64,000 bases of DNA from Calditrichia bacterium. GTDB taxonomy: Bacteria; Calditrichota; Calditrichia; RBG-13-44-9; J075. Where the stretch lies: positions 147,226-211,225 of the forward strand of contig JANQQU010000060.1 of NCBI GenBank assembly GCA_028284905.1, in the 5' to 3' direction. The number at the start of each line of letters is the position of its first letter. Position 1 is the stretch's first letter. Positions 39,894 to 50,800 of the stretch are shown here, piece by piece. The position numbers and the translations under genes are program-made. The notes beneath the pieces are model-generated. The model was not told where the DNA came from, did no database searches, and saw nothing but the letters and a program-made list of their open reading frames with translations.

Positions 39894-41687
39894 TTATTCT
39901 TCTGTTTGCAGCTTACCCCAAAGCTTCATCAGGGCTAATGCTGCTGCGATGGTTGTTAAAGTCAGGATTGACGCCAGGCCAACATTTCCATAGAGCCAGT
40001 TCCCAGTCGCAAACAAACCACTGTAGACGGCGGTACATCCCAACAGCATACAGACGATGCCCAGTGGCACATCCCACGCTGCGTCGGTACTGTCCAGCAC
40101 ATCCTTATCTGTAGCAGCTTTGTCCAGCACCGGTTTCCAGCCAGGGCCACCCGGGCGCACCAGGCGATAAAAGCTCCTTAGTGTAGATTCATCCGTCGCT
40201 GGCGTCATCATGGTTACCACCACCCAGATAATAGTGGTTATCCCAACACCGATTACCAATTGAGCACCTGCGGAGAATGCTGGCAGTCCAATCGATGTAT
40301 GAACAAACTGAAAATAAAGCGCGACGGCAAAAGATGCGATCATGGCGGCAATCTCGCTATAGGCATTAATGCGCCACCAAAACCAGCGAAGAATAAAAAG
40401 CAGCCCGGTGCCGGCACCGATTTGCAAGAGAATGTTAAATGCCTGCAAAGCATTGCTTAATGCCAGGGCAAAGAAACCGGAGAGGATCATCAACAGGACG
40501 GTTGAAATTCGCCCAACGGCGACTTGCTTCTTCTCATCCGCATCCGGATTTACAAAACGCTTGTAAAAATCATGTACCACATAGGAGGAACCCCAGTTGA
40601 GGTGCGTTGAGATCGTTGACATTACCGCAGCAATCAAGGAAGCGATCACCAATCCCAATAGTCCATTCGGCAAGAAAGTTAACATTGCGGAATAGGCCAG
40701 ATCATCCTTTACAACACTGGGATCAATATGCGGGAAAGCAGCTTTTAAAGAGGCGATATCCGGAAAGACGACCAACGAGGCAAGTGCGACCAAAATCCAG
40801 GGCCAGGGGCGCAAAGCATAGTGAGCGGCGTTGAAGAGCAAAGTGGCGCCTACTGCGTGTTTCTCGGACTTTGCCGAGAGCATCCGCTGGGCAACATAGC
40901 CACCACCACCGGGCTCTGCACCGGGATACCAAACGCTCCACCATTGCACTGCTAACGGCAATACCAGCAGCGTTAAAAGTGCACTGGTGTCGGAGAAGTC
41001 CGGCAAAAGGTTGATCTTGCCAATGACTGCTTCATTACTCAGCAGACCACTGAGCCCACCAACTTCGGGCATATTAACAGCGACATAAGCCGCACCCAGT
41101 GCACCGATCATAGCGATGCCAAACTGGACGAAATCCGTCAGAATAACCCCGCGCAAACCGCCAATCGAGCTATAAACCACCGTCACCAAACTCGCGACTA
41201 AAACAGTTGTTAGCGGACTCCACTTTAACATTACGCCGCCAATTTTTATCATTGCCAGGAGCACTGTCGCCATAATCAATACGTTGAAAAAAACGCCCAG
41301 GTAAATAGCACGAAATCCCCGCAGGAAAGCGGCTTCTTTCCCGCTGTAGCGAATTTCGTAGAATTCCAGATCCGTGAGCACCCCGGAGCGACGCCATAGC
41401 TTGGCATACACAAATACCGTTAGCATTCCGGTTAACAAGAACGCCCACCATACCCAGTTACCGGCGACGCCATTTTGACGAACGATATCGGTTACCAGAT
41501 TGGGGGTGTCCGCTGAGAAAGTCGTTGCGACCATGGAAATTCCCAGCAGCCACCAGGGCATGTTTCGGCCGGAAAGAAAGAATTCCGACGCACTTTCGCC
41601 GGATTTCCGGGCAACAGCCAATCCGATTCCCAGGGAAATAACAAAAAAGCCAACAATAAATACCCAGTCAATTGTTTGCAGAACCAT
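39894..41687 (-). CDS. Sodium:solute symporter (SSS family).
   Basis: 597 aa, 13-14 TM, N-terminal 'SGESASEFFLSGRNMPWWLLGISMVATTFSADT', typical of SSF transporters. Confidence 0.85.
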   Translation of the reverse strand: MVLQTIDWVFIVGFFVISLGIGLAVARKSGESASEFFLSGRNMPWWLLGISMVATTFSADTPNLVTDIVRQNGVAGNWVWWAFLLTGMLTVFVYAKLWRRSGVLTDLEFYEIRYSGKEAAFLRGFRAIYLGVFFNVLIMATVLLAMIKIGGVMLKWSPLTTVLVASLVTVVYSSIGGLRGVILTDFVQFGIAMIGALGAAYVAVNMPEVGGLSGLLSNEAVIGKINLLPDFSDTSALLTLLVLPLAVQWWSVWYPGAEPGGGGYVAQRMLSAKSEKHAVGATLLFNAAHYALRPWPWILVALASLVVFPDIASLKAAFPHIDPSVVKDDLAYSAMLTFLPNGLLGLVIASLIAAVMSTISTHLNWGSSYVVHDFYKRFVNPDADEKKQVAVGRISTVLLMILSGFFALALSNALQAFNILLQIGAGTGLLFILRWFWWRINAYSEIAAMIASFAVALYFQFVHTSIGLPAFSAGAQLVIGVGITTIIWVVVTMMTPATDESTLRSFYRLVRPGGPGWKPVLDKAATDKDVLDSTDAAWDVPLGIVCMLLGCTAVYSGLFATGNWLYGNVGLASILTLTTIAAALALMKLWGKLQTEE

Positions 41688-41730
41688 AAGAGCCCCTTCG
41701 CTTAATTCTCTAATTTATATCCTGTGGTTA

Positions 41731-42600
41731 TTACCAATCTAATTGCCCATAAAGGTCGCCGAGATATTGACGCATTCGGGTAATATCTCTTTTTTCAGTC
41801 AAGTCGGGCACATGCTCCGCTAATGGAATACCGAGCATTGAGCCAGGTATCTCCCGGATCATATTTGTAATTGCCGTCGCCAGTTCTTTTTCATCCCGTT
41901 CCGGGCTTACGGGACAATTTTCTAAAAAAGGGAAAAACATCGCCCCATCGAATTTGAAGATATTCATGCTCACCCGTAATGCCCCGGAGCTATCGCGGCA
42001 TTTCTCCATATCTTCCGCTGATGGCTTTTCAATCATTTCCAGCAAATAACCGTTTTCGTCGGAACGCGCGACGCCAAATCGGGCAATACGTTCTGCCGGG
42101 AAATCCAATGCATCCCGATCATAGGCGATCCAGGCGTTTGCTGCCGAACTTTCCCGCAACAGCCGAAATGCGGCTTCCGAATACAGGTTGTCGCAATTAC
42201 AAACCGTAAACGCTTCACTTTGTAACCGCTCAGTTTGCGCCACCGCCTGACGGACAGCATCAGCAGTGCCGAATGGTTTGCTACGCCCTTCCGGGATATG
42301 TTGCACGGCGTAATCAACACGTAATCCCCGAAAATCATTTCCGCGGGGGAGATCGCCATACAGCTTTTTAAAAGCGGTATTCTCTTTACCGGTTAACAAA
42401 ACAACATGCCGATATCCTGCGGAGCGGGCATTGAAGAGAATATAGTCCAGCAAGGGACGTCCGCCTTTGCCTACGGTAATCAAGCCTTTGCTGACATTGT
42501 TTGCTTGCGCAACTGCAGTGGCATCCAGGCCATCTACCGATTGCGACTTTTTCATTCGGGAAGACATCCCGGCCGCTAAAACCACTAATGTTTCATGCAT
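41731..42600 (-). CDS. Sugar-1-phosphate nucleotidyltransferase (NTP_transferase fold).
   Basis: N-terminal 'LVVLAAGMSSRMK' (the G-x-G-T-R-M-like NTP-binding loop) and 'KPFGTADAV'. Specificity cannot be set from the sequence. Confidence 0.6.
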   Translation of the reverse strand: MHETLVVLAAGMSSRMKKSQSVDGLDATAVAQANNVSKGLITVGKGGRPLLDYILFNARSAGYRHVVLLTGKENTAFKKLYGDLPRGNDFRGLRVDYAVQHIPEGRSKPFGTADAVRQAVAQTERLQSEAFTVCNCDNLYSEAAFRLLRESSAANAWIAYDRDALDFPAERIARFGVARSDENGYLLEMIEKPSAEDMEKCRDSSGALRVSMNIFKFDGAMFFPFLENCPVSPERDEKELATAITNMIREIPGSMLGIPLAEHVPDLTEKRDITRMRQYLGDLYGQLDW

Positions 42601-42634
42601 TTACAAGTCTCAGAAATCAATAAATCTATTTTTA

Positions 42635-43993
42635 TCAATCATTATTCGCGGCAGTTGCCAGAACGGTCTTTTCGTCATAGCGGAGAAAATATATGCCTGC
42701 GACCAAACAGAGTAAACATCCTGCTACGCCACTAAGGCGAACCCCTAGGTCTGCGCCGGGATCTTTCCCCAGGGAAGTCAACGCGGCAAAGACCAGCACG
42801 CCAAACGTTTGTCCGAACTTTTGCATTAATGTTCGGGTGGCGAAGAACATACCCTCTTGTTTTACGCCGGTAACAGCGGCATCATGTGCGGCAATATCCG
42901 CCAAAATAGCATTGGGCAGAATCCCCAGAAAAGACACTGGAATGGAGAATGCGATAACCAGGGCAAAGGCCTGGGTCATATTCGGAACTGGCAATTTCCC
43001 TAGAAAGAGAATAAAAAAGAAAATCGCACTCATTAAAAAGAACGCCAGGGATACCAGCATTTTTTTGCCGGACTTTTTTGCAACAATATTTACCACAGGA
43101 TAAAACAAAAAGGAAACGAGGATCATCATCGGCAGAAGAATGCCCATCAAAGATTCGGCCAGTCCCAGCAATACTGTTATGTAATATAGCAGACCGGTCA
43201 TCACGATTGTTAGTCCCATGAAATAGGCAAAATCCGCAACAACATAATAGATGAAGTTCTGATTACTCATGGTATGGCGGATTGCTTCTTTTAAGGGGAT
43301 TTCCGTATAACCTCCCTGGCAGTAGCGATTTTCGTCGATAAAAATCACTGGCAGGAACATAAACAGTATCGCCAGCGCCGCAACAACAATGATCGCTAAT
43401 TGCAACCCTGCAACCTTATCAGCCAATTGAAATGTTTCCGCCAGCACTCCTGCAATTGCCGGCACCTGAGAAGCGAGAATAATTCCCAGGGCATAAGTAA
43501 TGGAGATCCAGGTGGAAAGATTCAACTTTTCATCAGGTGTGTGTCCAAGTTCTGGCAGCAGTGCAAAAAATGGCGTTACATAAACGGTTAGAGAGATATA
43601 AAAACAGATCTGAACAAAAATCAGCCAAACAATATTCCAGCCACTTTGACCATCTACAATCGGCACAAACAAGAGCACACAGAAGAATGCACTGGGTATT
43701 GCACCGGCTTTTAAGAATGGGATTCGGCGGCCATTTTTTCCCTGCCAACGATCACTCCAGTTCGCAATCAGCGGATCTGTAATCGCATCCAGCAAACGGC
43801 CGCTGGCAGCAATGAGGGTGAGCGTATTCAAAACGACTAAAAATACTACCTGGGAAATAAACACCGGAATGCCGGCATCCTGGGGAGGTATGTAGAAATA
43901 AACCAACTGGAGATTGACCACGTTCATCAACGTTGCCCACCCCAATTGCCCACCGGCATAGGCAAACTGTTTGCCCAGTGGTAACTTCTCCAT
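42635..43993 (-). CDS. GPH-family (MFS_2) glycoside/oligosaccharide:cation symporter.
   Basis: The start is taken at the internal '[19 protein letters not shown]', the typical GPH N-terminus. 12 TM. The ORF-track upstream extension to 44113 is unlikely. Confidence 0.75.
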   Translation of the reverse strand: MEKLPLGKQFAYAGGQLGWATLMNVVNLQLVYFYIPPQDAGIPVFISQVVFLVVLNTLTLIAASGRLLDAITDPLIANWSDRWQGKNGRRIPFLKAGAIPSAFFCVLLFVPIVDGQSGWNIVWLIFVQICFYISLTVYVTPFFALLPELGHTPDEKLNLSTWISITYALGIILASQVPAIAGVLAETFQLADKVAGLQLAIIVVAALAILFMFLPVIFIDENRYCQGGYTEIPLKEAIRHTMSNQNFIYYVVADFAYFMGLTIVMTGLLYYITVLLGLAESLMGILLPMMILVSFLFYPVVNIVAKKSGKKMLVSLAFFLMSAIFFFILFLGKLPVPNMTQAFALVIAFSIPVSFLGILPNAILADIAAHDAAVTGVKQEGMFFATRTLMQKFGQTFGVLVFAALTSLGKDPGADLGVRLSGVAGCLLCLVAGIYFLRYDEKTVLATAANND

Positions 43994-44159
43994 TTTGTTA
44001 TGCGAATCAGTCAAAGCGAATCCTGCACGTCTTATTCTTACTGACAGTCCCATTAAAACAGCGGGAATAAAGCAGGATAACGATACCGCTTCTAAAGGAA
44101 TTAAACAAGGCAAAATATTGCCAAAACTGAAAAGTAGAAATCCGAGAAAACTCTATTTT

Positions 44160-46172
44160 TTAAAACGGGATTTTGACCAGTGAAATGGCATCCACTTTCG
44201 ATGTCGGATATTCTTTTTTATCAAACACTAATCCGCTGCAATTCTCCGGCACTTTAATGTAAGCGACGGCTGGCAACACTGAATTTGCGGCTTTCTTTAA
44301 ATCGACCTTCCCAGCAGATGTCGCAATCGTAAATGAATCAAGATTCATTAATGGAAACACATGCCCGGTTGTCCCTAATATTTCAAATTCAGCAACATCA
44401 CAGTTTAACAAACACTGCGTTTGGTATGCACCCAGCTTGAGCTTATTTTGTAACATTTTTCCTTCAGCAAAATAAATTCCTGCGGGCAACTCGATAATGG
44501 CAGCCTCCGCGGTTAAATTCGCAAGAATCAAATAATCCCGTTCCCGGCTTTTCATTTCTATCTGAAAAATCCCTCCTTTTTCTTCAACGCTGTGAATCGT
44601 ACGCTGCTGCAAGGGGAATTGAGAGAGATACTGTTGCATCTGTTTTTCATTATAAGATGCAATATTGTCAGACGTAAAAAGCAACCCTCCGAACAGCAAA
44701 TTCAGCACATATAGTGTATTGCGTTGATCCGCGGACATCTTGATGTTTTCGTCCCGCAAAAAGTATACATCAGGGTCGTTGATATATCCGCCACGATGTT
44801 GATGTCTCCGGCTAATCGTACTATTTAACGCACCAAGCGTAGAAACACGCTCCCGGTAGCGAATAACATCACTGAGGATCCTCTCTTCCCATTTTAAAGC
44901 GACATCGCCGCTGATTCGGCAGAAGTCGCATTTCCCCCGGGCACTGCCGAGGGGTACCCCGCATGCGAGCATCCATTTGTCCCCAACAGCTTTCCGCAGG
45001 AAGGTCATTGCCGCATCCATGGCCTGACCACGATTCTCCCCAGCAGGGGGCAACAGCGCGGCAGCGTAGAGGAAATCCAATTTGACCATATCATATCCCC
45101 ACTCGCTTAAAACGGTGTCAAACACCTGCAGGAGATAATCGTGAACATCTTTATTTTGCAAATCCAGCGCATAAAAACGTCCGCTCCAACCAGCGCTTCT
45201 GCCGGCAACCACTGATCGTCCCTTCGAATTCCGACGAATCCAGTCCGGGTGATTTCGCATTACGGCGGAATTCTCTTCACAAATAAATGGCGCCAACCAG
45301 AGACCTGCCTTGTAACCACTGAAATGGATGTTTTCAGCCAATGCTTTCATGCCAGCAGGGAACTTATGATTTGCGTTTAACCAATCCCCTACCGCCGGCT
45401 GCCACCCATCATCGATTTGAAAAATATCGATGGGAATTTTTCGGCTGGCAAATGCCCGGAGATTCTCATGAATAATCTCTTCGTTAATCGCGGTGTAGTA
45501 ATTATACCAGCTTGTCCAGCCGGTTAAATCCTTCTGTAATGTTGCAGGCGCATCCAGTTGTTGAAAATAGTTTGGGAAGACAACTGTTTCCTCACCTTCT
45601 GCAAGGAACAACGTAAACAGGCGAAAAGGTGTTTTTACCAGCGTTCCCCGGCAATCTTTTTCTATGCGAATATTTCCTTTTACAGCATCATGTTTAAATA
45701 CGGTAAAACCGTTTTTTTCGGAAAGGGAACCGAGCAGCTGAAATGTCCGGCCGTTTCTGATGTAACTGTAGGTATAACCATGAAATTGCCCGGGGCGGTT
45801 TACATAGTCAGCGAATTGATAGTCCCCGTAGTAATAGAGTTGATGAAACTTGTTAATCGGCCAGGTTAAAGGATTTAGGCCCGACTGTTTTTCATCAACA
45901 TACATTTCCCGGCTTTCGCTCCAGGATTGGTAACCATTACAGAAAACTCTGTCATTTTCCCGAAAATCATATTCGATTTCATAATATGCTTCTTCCAAGC
46001 GGAGGATGTCTTCCGGGATAATATCTACCCAATACAAATTGCCGGTGTTATCCTTGTTCCAACGGGCAGTTAGCGAAAAATGTGCGTTGTGCACAGTTTC
46101 CATTGGCGAGAATTGATAGCTTTGTTTTTCTCCATTTACCAGAATTGTGATGCAAAGCTTTTGAATTTTCAT
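44160..46172 (-). CDS. GH36-family (clan GH-D) alpha-galactosidase / alpha-N-acetylgalactosaminidase-like glycoside hydrolase.
   Basis: 'IDIFQIDDGWQPAVGDW' (the DDGW motif) and 'MVKLDF' are characteristic of the GH36/GH27 catalytic barrel. 670 aa, no signal peptide. Confidence 0.65.
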   Translation of the reverse strand: MKIQKLCITILVNGEKQSYQFSPMETVHNAHFSLTARWNKDNTGNLYWVDIIPEDILRLEEAYYEIEYDFRENDRVFCNGYQSWSESREMYVDEKQSGLNPLTWPINKFHQLYYYGDYQFADYVNRPGQFHGYTYSYIRNGRTFQLLGSLSEKNGFTVFKHDAVKGNIRIEKDCRGTLVKTPFRLFTLFLAEGEETVVFPNYFQQLDAPATLQKDLTGWTSWYNYYTAINEEIIHENLRAFASRKIPIDIFQIDDGWQPAVGDWLNANHKFPAGMKALAENIHFSGYKAGLWLAPFICEENSAVMRNHPDWIRRNSKGRSVVAGRSAGWSGRFYALDLQNKDVHDYLLQVFDTVLSEWGYDMVKLDFLYAAALLPPAGENRGQAMDAAMTFLRKAVGDKWMLACGVPLGSARGKCDFCRISGDVALKWEERILSDVIRYRERVSTLGALNSTISRRHQHRGGYINDPDVYFLRDENIKMSADQRNTLYVLNLLFGGLLFTSDNIASYNEKQMQQYLSQFPLQQRTIHSVEEKGGIFQIEMKSRERDYLILANLTAEAAIIELPAGIYFAEGKMLQNKLKLGAYQTQCLLNCDVAEFEILGTTGHVFPLMNLDSFTIATSAGKVDLKKAANSVLPAVAYIKVPENCSGLVFDKKEYPTSKVDAISLVKIPF

Positions 46173-46471
46173 ATCTTCTCTATAAAATCAGTTATGCGCC
46201 TTCTCAACAAAAACAGTTCTATTGTTAACATCACCCTGAAATGCAAACACATTACCGTAAACCTGAGAATTATGCAATGGGATTTTCCTCATTTAGATTG
46301 AATTTTCTGCTTTACCCGGAAATTAAAATCGTTTATGTTGAACCATTAAACCCAGGGAGACTTTTTCCACACTTTTTCGTAATTAATTCGTAAGAACAAT
46401 ACTGTTTTAGACTAGTATAATTTTTCTAATTTCATTGACTATCAAGATTGCAAATTGGACGGAGAAAATTT

Positions 46472-47794
46472 ATGCCTGCAAAGAACTTGTTCGTGCTGGA
46501 TACCAATGTAATTTTATATGACTATAACTGCCTGGAAAGCTTTGCAAATGATGATGTTGTTATACCGATTACGGTGTTGGAAGAGTTAGACCAATTTAAA
46601 AAAGGACATAGCCAAATTAATTACAATGCCCGCCAATTTGTTCGCATTCTGGATGGATTTGTGGGTGACAAACTAGTTACCAGGGGCGCTACTACCGGTA
46701 ATGGTAAGGGGAAATTGAAAATCATTACCAATCACCAAAATGAGCCGAAAGTGCGGGAATCCTTTAGCGACAGTAAGCCGGATCATCGCATCCTCAGCGT
46801 CGCATATCATCTCACTGAAAACGAAAAGAAACGCAATGTTGTCCTGATATCGAAGGACATCAACCTCCGTTTAAAAGCGAAGTCTCTGGGAATTGTTGCG
46901 ATGGATTATTCCACAGATCGCATCAAGGATATTGAGAATCTTTATCCCGGGAAACAAACCGTAGAGAATTTTCCGGATACGATTATCGATGCTCTCTACC
47001 AGTCCGAGAATGGTCTTGCGCTTGAAACAGTCGATTTGCCGTCGTTAATCCCCAATGAATATTTAATTCTCAAGAACTACCAAAAGTCAGCCTTAGCATT
47101 TTACAATTCGGCGGAAGATCAGGTGCAACGGGTGGAGAAACAATCGGCTTACGGCATCAATCCACGTAATGCGGAGCAGAGTTTTGCGTTGCACGCATTG
47201 ATGAATCCGGACGTTCAGCTAGTGACGATTTCCGGCAAAGCGGGCACGGGAAAAACCCTGCTGGCATTGGCGTCGGCATTGGAAATGCGACGACGCTATC
47301 AGCAGATTTACCTGGCGCGTCCGATTGTGCCATTATCCAATCGCGACCTTGGTTTTCTCCCCGGAGATATCGAAGCGAAAATTGATCCGTATATGCAACC
47401 GCTGTTTGACAACCTGGCTGTTATCAAAAATCGATATGGCGAAAGAGACCCAGAATATAAGCGGATATCGGACATGATCGCCCAAAATAAACTAGTCATA
47501 TCTCCACTAGCTTACATTCGCGGCCGCAGCCTGGAACGCATCTTCTTCATTGTCGACGAAGCACAGAATCTAACACCTCACGAGGTTAAAACGATTATCA
47601 CCCGGGCAGGTGAAGGCACCAAGGTTGTATTTACCGGAGACCCCTACCAGATTGACACTCCTTATCTGGATGCGCAGTCCAATGGTTTGACTTTCTTAAT
47701 CGACCGAATGAAGGGACAAAAACTTTATGCGCATGTCAATCTGGAAAAAGGCGAACGCTCCAAGCTGGCAGAGTTGGCGAGTGATCTGCTTTGA
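46472..47794 (+). CDS. PhoH-like ATPase with an N-terminal PIN domain (YlaK-type).
   Basis: The start is taken at the ATG after a 'ggag' SD. PIN region 'LFVLDTNVILYD...EELD'. Walker A 'ISGKAGTGKT'. C-terminal PhoH region 'FFIVDEAQNLTPHEVKTIITRAGEGTKVVFTGD'. Confidence 0.85.
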   Translation: MPAKNLFVLDTNVILYDYNCLESFANDDVVIPITVLEELDQFKKGHSQINYNARQFVRILDGFVGDKLVTRGATTGNGKGKLKIITNHQNEPKVRESFSDSKPDHRILSVAYHLTENEKKRNVVLISKDINLRLKAKSLGIVAMDYSTDRIKDIENLYPGKQTVENFPDTIIDALYQSENGLALETVDLPSLIPNEYLILKNYQKSALAFYNSAEDQVQRVEKQSAYGINPRNAEQSFALHALMNPDVQLVTISGKAGTGKTLLALASALEMRRRYQQIYLARPIVPLSNRDLGFLPGDIEAKIDPYMQPLFDNLAVIKNRYGERDPEYKRISDMIAQNKLVISPLAYIRGRSLERIFFIVDEAQNLTPHEVKTIITRAGEGTKVVFTGDPYQIDTPYLDAQSNGLTFLIDRMKGQKLYAHVNLEKGERSKLAELASDLL

Positions 47795-47854
47795 GGCTGG
47801 TGATTTTTATATAGGATATTGAATTTGTAAATTCTGAGGAATCGTCTGATAAAT

Positions 47855-47892
47855 CGTTGTTCGTTCTTCGTTCTTCGGGATAACGAACAACG
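47855..47892. terminator. Perfect 11-bp hairpin between convergent genes (PhoH-like and EndoQ-UvrD); the loop carries a tandem heptamer.
   Basis: 'cgttgttcgtt' / 'aacgaacaacg' with a 16-nt loop containing 'ttcgttc ttcgttc'. It lies immediately 3' of the helicase stop on the minus strand. Confidence 0.5.
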
Positions 47893-47898
47893 GAGCAG

Positions 47899-50800
47899 CT
47901 ACTCGAACAATTTTAACTGATTTTGCTTCTCTTTCCGCAACACAACCTTTTTCGGCTTCTCGGTTGTCAGCTGTGCCTGAAGTGCCAACTCGATATCCGC
48001 CAGAAATCTTGATGGATTGTTTTCCATCCTGCGGTTTTCCAATTGCCTCTTCCCGGCCCGGGAAAGGATCAAGTTGTCTTTTGCGCGCGTCATCCCGACA
48101 TAGAACAATCGACGTTCTTCCTCCAGGTCGCTTTTCATACCGCGCCGTGAGAAAGGCAGAATGCCCTCCTCACATCCGACCATAAAGACTACCGGGAATT
48201 CCAATCCCTTTGCAGCATGGAGGGTCATCAAAGAAACGCGATCGGCCCGTGGATCGTAAGCATCCCCCTCGCGTTGCAGCGCGGTGTTTTGCAGAAAGCC
48301 TTGTAAATCGCCATGAAAATCTCCGGCAATAGCAATCAACCGATCCAGCAATTGTCGATCTTCCTCCGGCCAGGTGACCGATAATTGCAGTTGCATAAAC
48401 ATCAGAATTTTTTGAATGAACCCGGCGACTGCTTCTCGCTGAATGCCAGTACGAATTTCAGAAATCAGTGGGATAAATTTGGACAACCAGGCTTTTTGCG
48501 AATCATTAAACGCGTTATTGTCACGAAACGCTTGCAGCACATCCCAATTACTTAAACCAGCATTTTTTGCGAATGCCGCCACTCGCAAAAATTCACCGGT
48601 CTCGCCTTTAGCATTACCATCCGGATAAATATTTTCCAAATGAAACAATGATTGCGGATTCCAGGCAAACCAAAGATAGGCCAACACTTGCTGAATAACA
48701 GGATCTTCGAAAAAAGAAATTCTTTCCGTAGATTGATAGGGAATGCCGGATCTTTCCAGGGCTTCGGCCAGATCATCCACCTGCCGATTCAGTCGATACA
48801 AGACCGCAAAATCTGAAAATCCCCGGCTTTTCTCTTCCCCGGCGGCTCTACCGGAATCCATCGAAAAATGACTTGTGCCTCCGATCCGCGCTTCGATTTG
48901 CTGAACAACGAATTCCGCCTCCGCTTTCCCGGTGCTGGCAACATGGAATTCGATTAGCTTTTTGCTAACAATATCGGAAATTAGCGACAGACCGGATGAA
49001 TCATCTCCCCGGGAAATCACCTGCCCGGCCGCTTGAACGATATTCCGATTCGATCGATAGTTCTTGGTTAGCTGAACCTTTACCGTTTGGGGGAAATCTT
49101 CCTGGTATCTCAGAAAATACGAGCGATCGGCGCCGCGAAAGCCATAGATCGCCTGATCGGCATCACCAATTGCACAGAAGTTAGTCTGGTCGGTATTTAG
49201 CATTCGTATCAGTGCATACTGGGAAGCATTGATGTCCTGATATTCGTCAATAGAGATCCAACGATAGCGCTCCTGATAGGCAGCAAGCACTTCCGGAAAA
49301 CGGCTGAACAATTTCACCGGCTGCAACAGTAAGTCATCATAATCAACCAATTGATAGCTGCGCAGCGATTTTTCGTAGGTTTGATAATCCTCCAGGAAGG
49401 ATTCGTCGCTCATAATGTTTTTACGCGTCTCCCCTTCCCCACCGGTCAGCAAAACGTTTTTAGCTTCGGAAATATTTTTTGCCAATCGCTGCAATTTCCG
49501 GGTTTTATAATCGGGAAACAACTTTGCCAGAAATAGTTTTTGATTCAGGCCATCCAAAATGGTAAACCCGGAATCAATCCCGATACTTTCACCGCTTTCC
49601 CGCAGGACCATCGCGCCAAATCCGTGGAAAGTATTTATGGTAATGCGCCCGGCGACTTCAGCTTCGCAAAGTGCAGCAACACGCTCGGCCATTTCCCCGG
49701 CGGCTTTGTTGGTAAACGTAATAGCCAGGATGTTCTCCGCAGCGACAGATTTTTCTCTTATCAGATAGGCAATTCGGTGAGTTAGTGTGCGGGTTTTCCC
49801 AGTGCCGGGACCAGCCATTACCAACAAGGGCCGATCGACACATAATACGGCCTCTCGCTGCTCTGGATTTAATCCTGCCAGCAAATCGTCACCATCGGTC
49901 TCATCAGAAGCCGTGAGTGGAGAACCGCACTTTTTATCCACTGCGGCGTCTTTTTCTAAGTCAGCAGACGTTTTCTCCGTAGAATGCACTTCTACATTAT
50001 TTTCAATTTCGGGAGCAGCAGGTTTACCCTTGGAAGGGAATAAGTCCAACTGGGACGCATAAATAGCTGGCTCCCCTTTTTCAAACAATTTGATGACGCC
50101 AAATTCTCCATCATATCCGGCGATTGGCCGCACTTCACAATTTCGCATTCTGCGAATGCCTTCTGCCAGCCGGGCACCGCCATCGCGGGCGAGGTCTTCC
50201 AATGGTGCATCCTGGAGAATGTGCAATTCCGAGCCCAGCTTTCCCAGCAAACCAAGATACGCCTTTTGTACCCGTTTACTGTTCGGACCAACTTCGTAAA
50301 TCTCACTCAACACTTCCGGCAACGGAATCAAACTATGAAATGGTGCCGTTTTTTCAGGTCTTTCTCCCTCTGCCCGATCTGCCAGTGTTTCGATGCGATG
50401 CATTACCCCGACCGTCACCGGCTTCCCACAACGCAGGCAGCGCATGTCGTGGGCGATCGTAGTTTTCGGCGTCCAGTTTGTGCCGCATTTACGATGCCCG
50501 TCATGATGATACTTTCCCTCCTGGGGGAAAAATTCCAAAGTGCCCCGAAAGGTATTCGGATCTGCGCTTTTCATCGCATCGAACATCGCGAAATAAGACA
50601 ACTCGGTTTCGAAGAGCGTTGCTTCGCGAGCCAATTTTTGGGGAGAATGTGCATCGGAGTTGGAAACAAGGGTGTAGTTGTCCAGGGCGGACCAACGCCA
50701 ATTCATCGGCGGGTCCGAAGACAAACCGGTCTCCAATGCAAAGATATGCGGGGTTAAATCGTTGAAACAATCCTCGATGCGATCAAAGCCGGACTTGGAG

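Noticed and set aside
43994-44113. 40-codon N-terminal extension of the GPH transporter ORF.
   Set aside because: The extension is Cys/Arg-rich and non-hydrophobic. The internal Met gives the conserved GPH N-terminus '[19 protein letters not shown]'.
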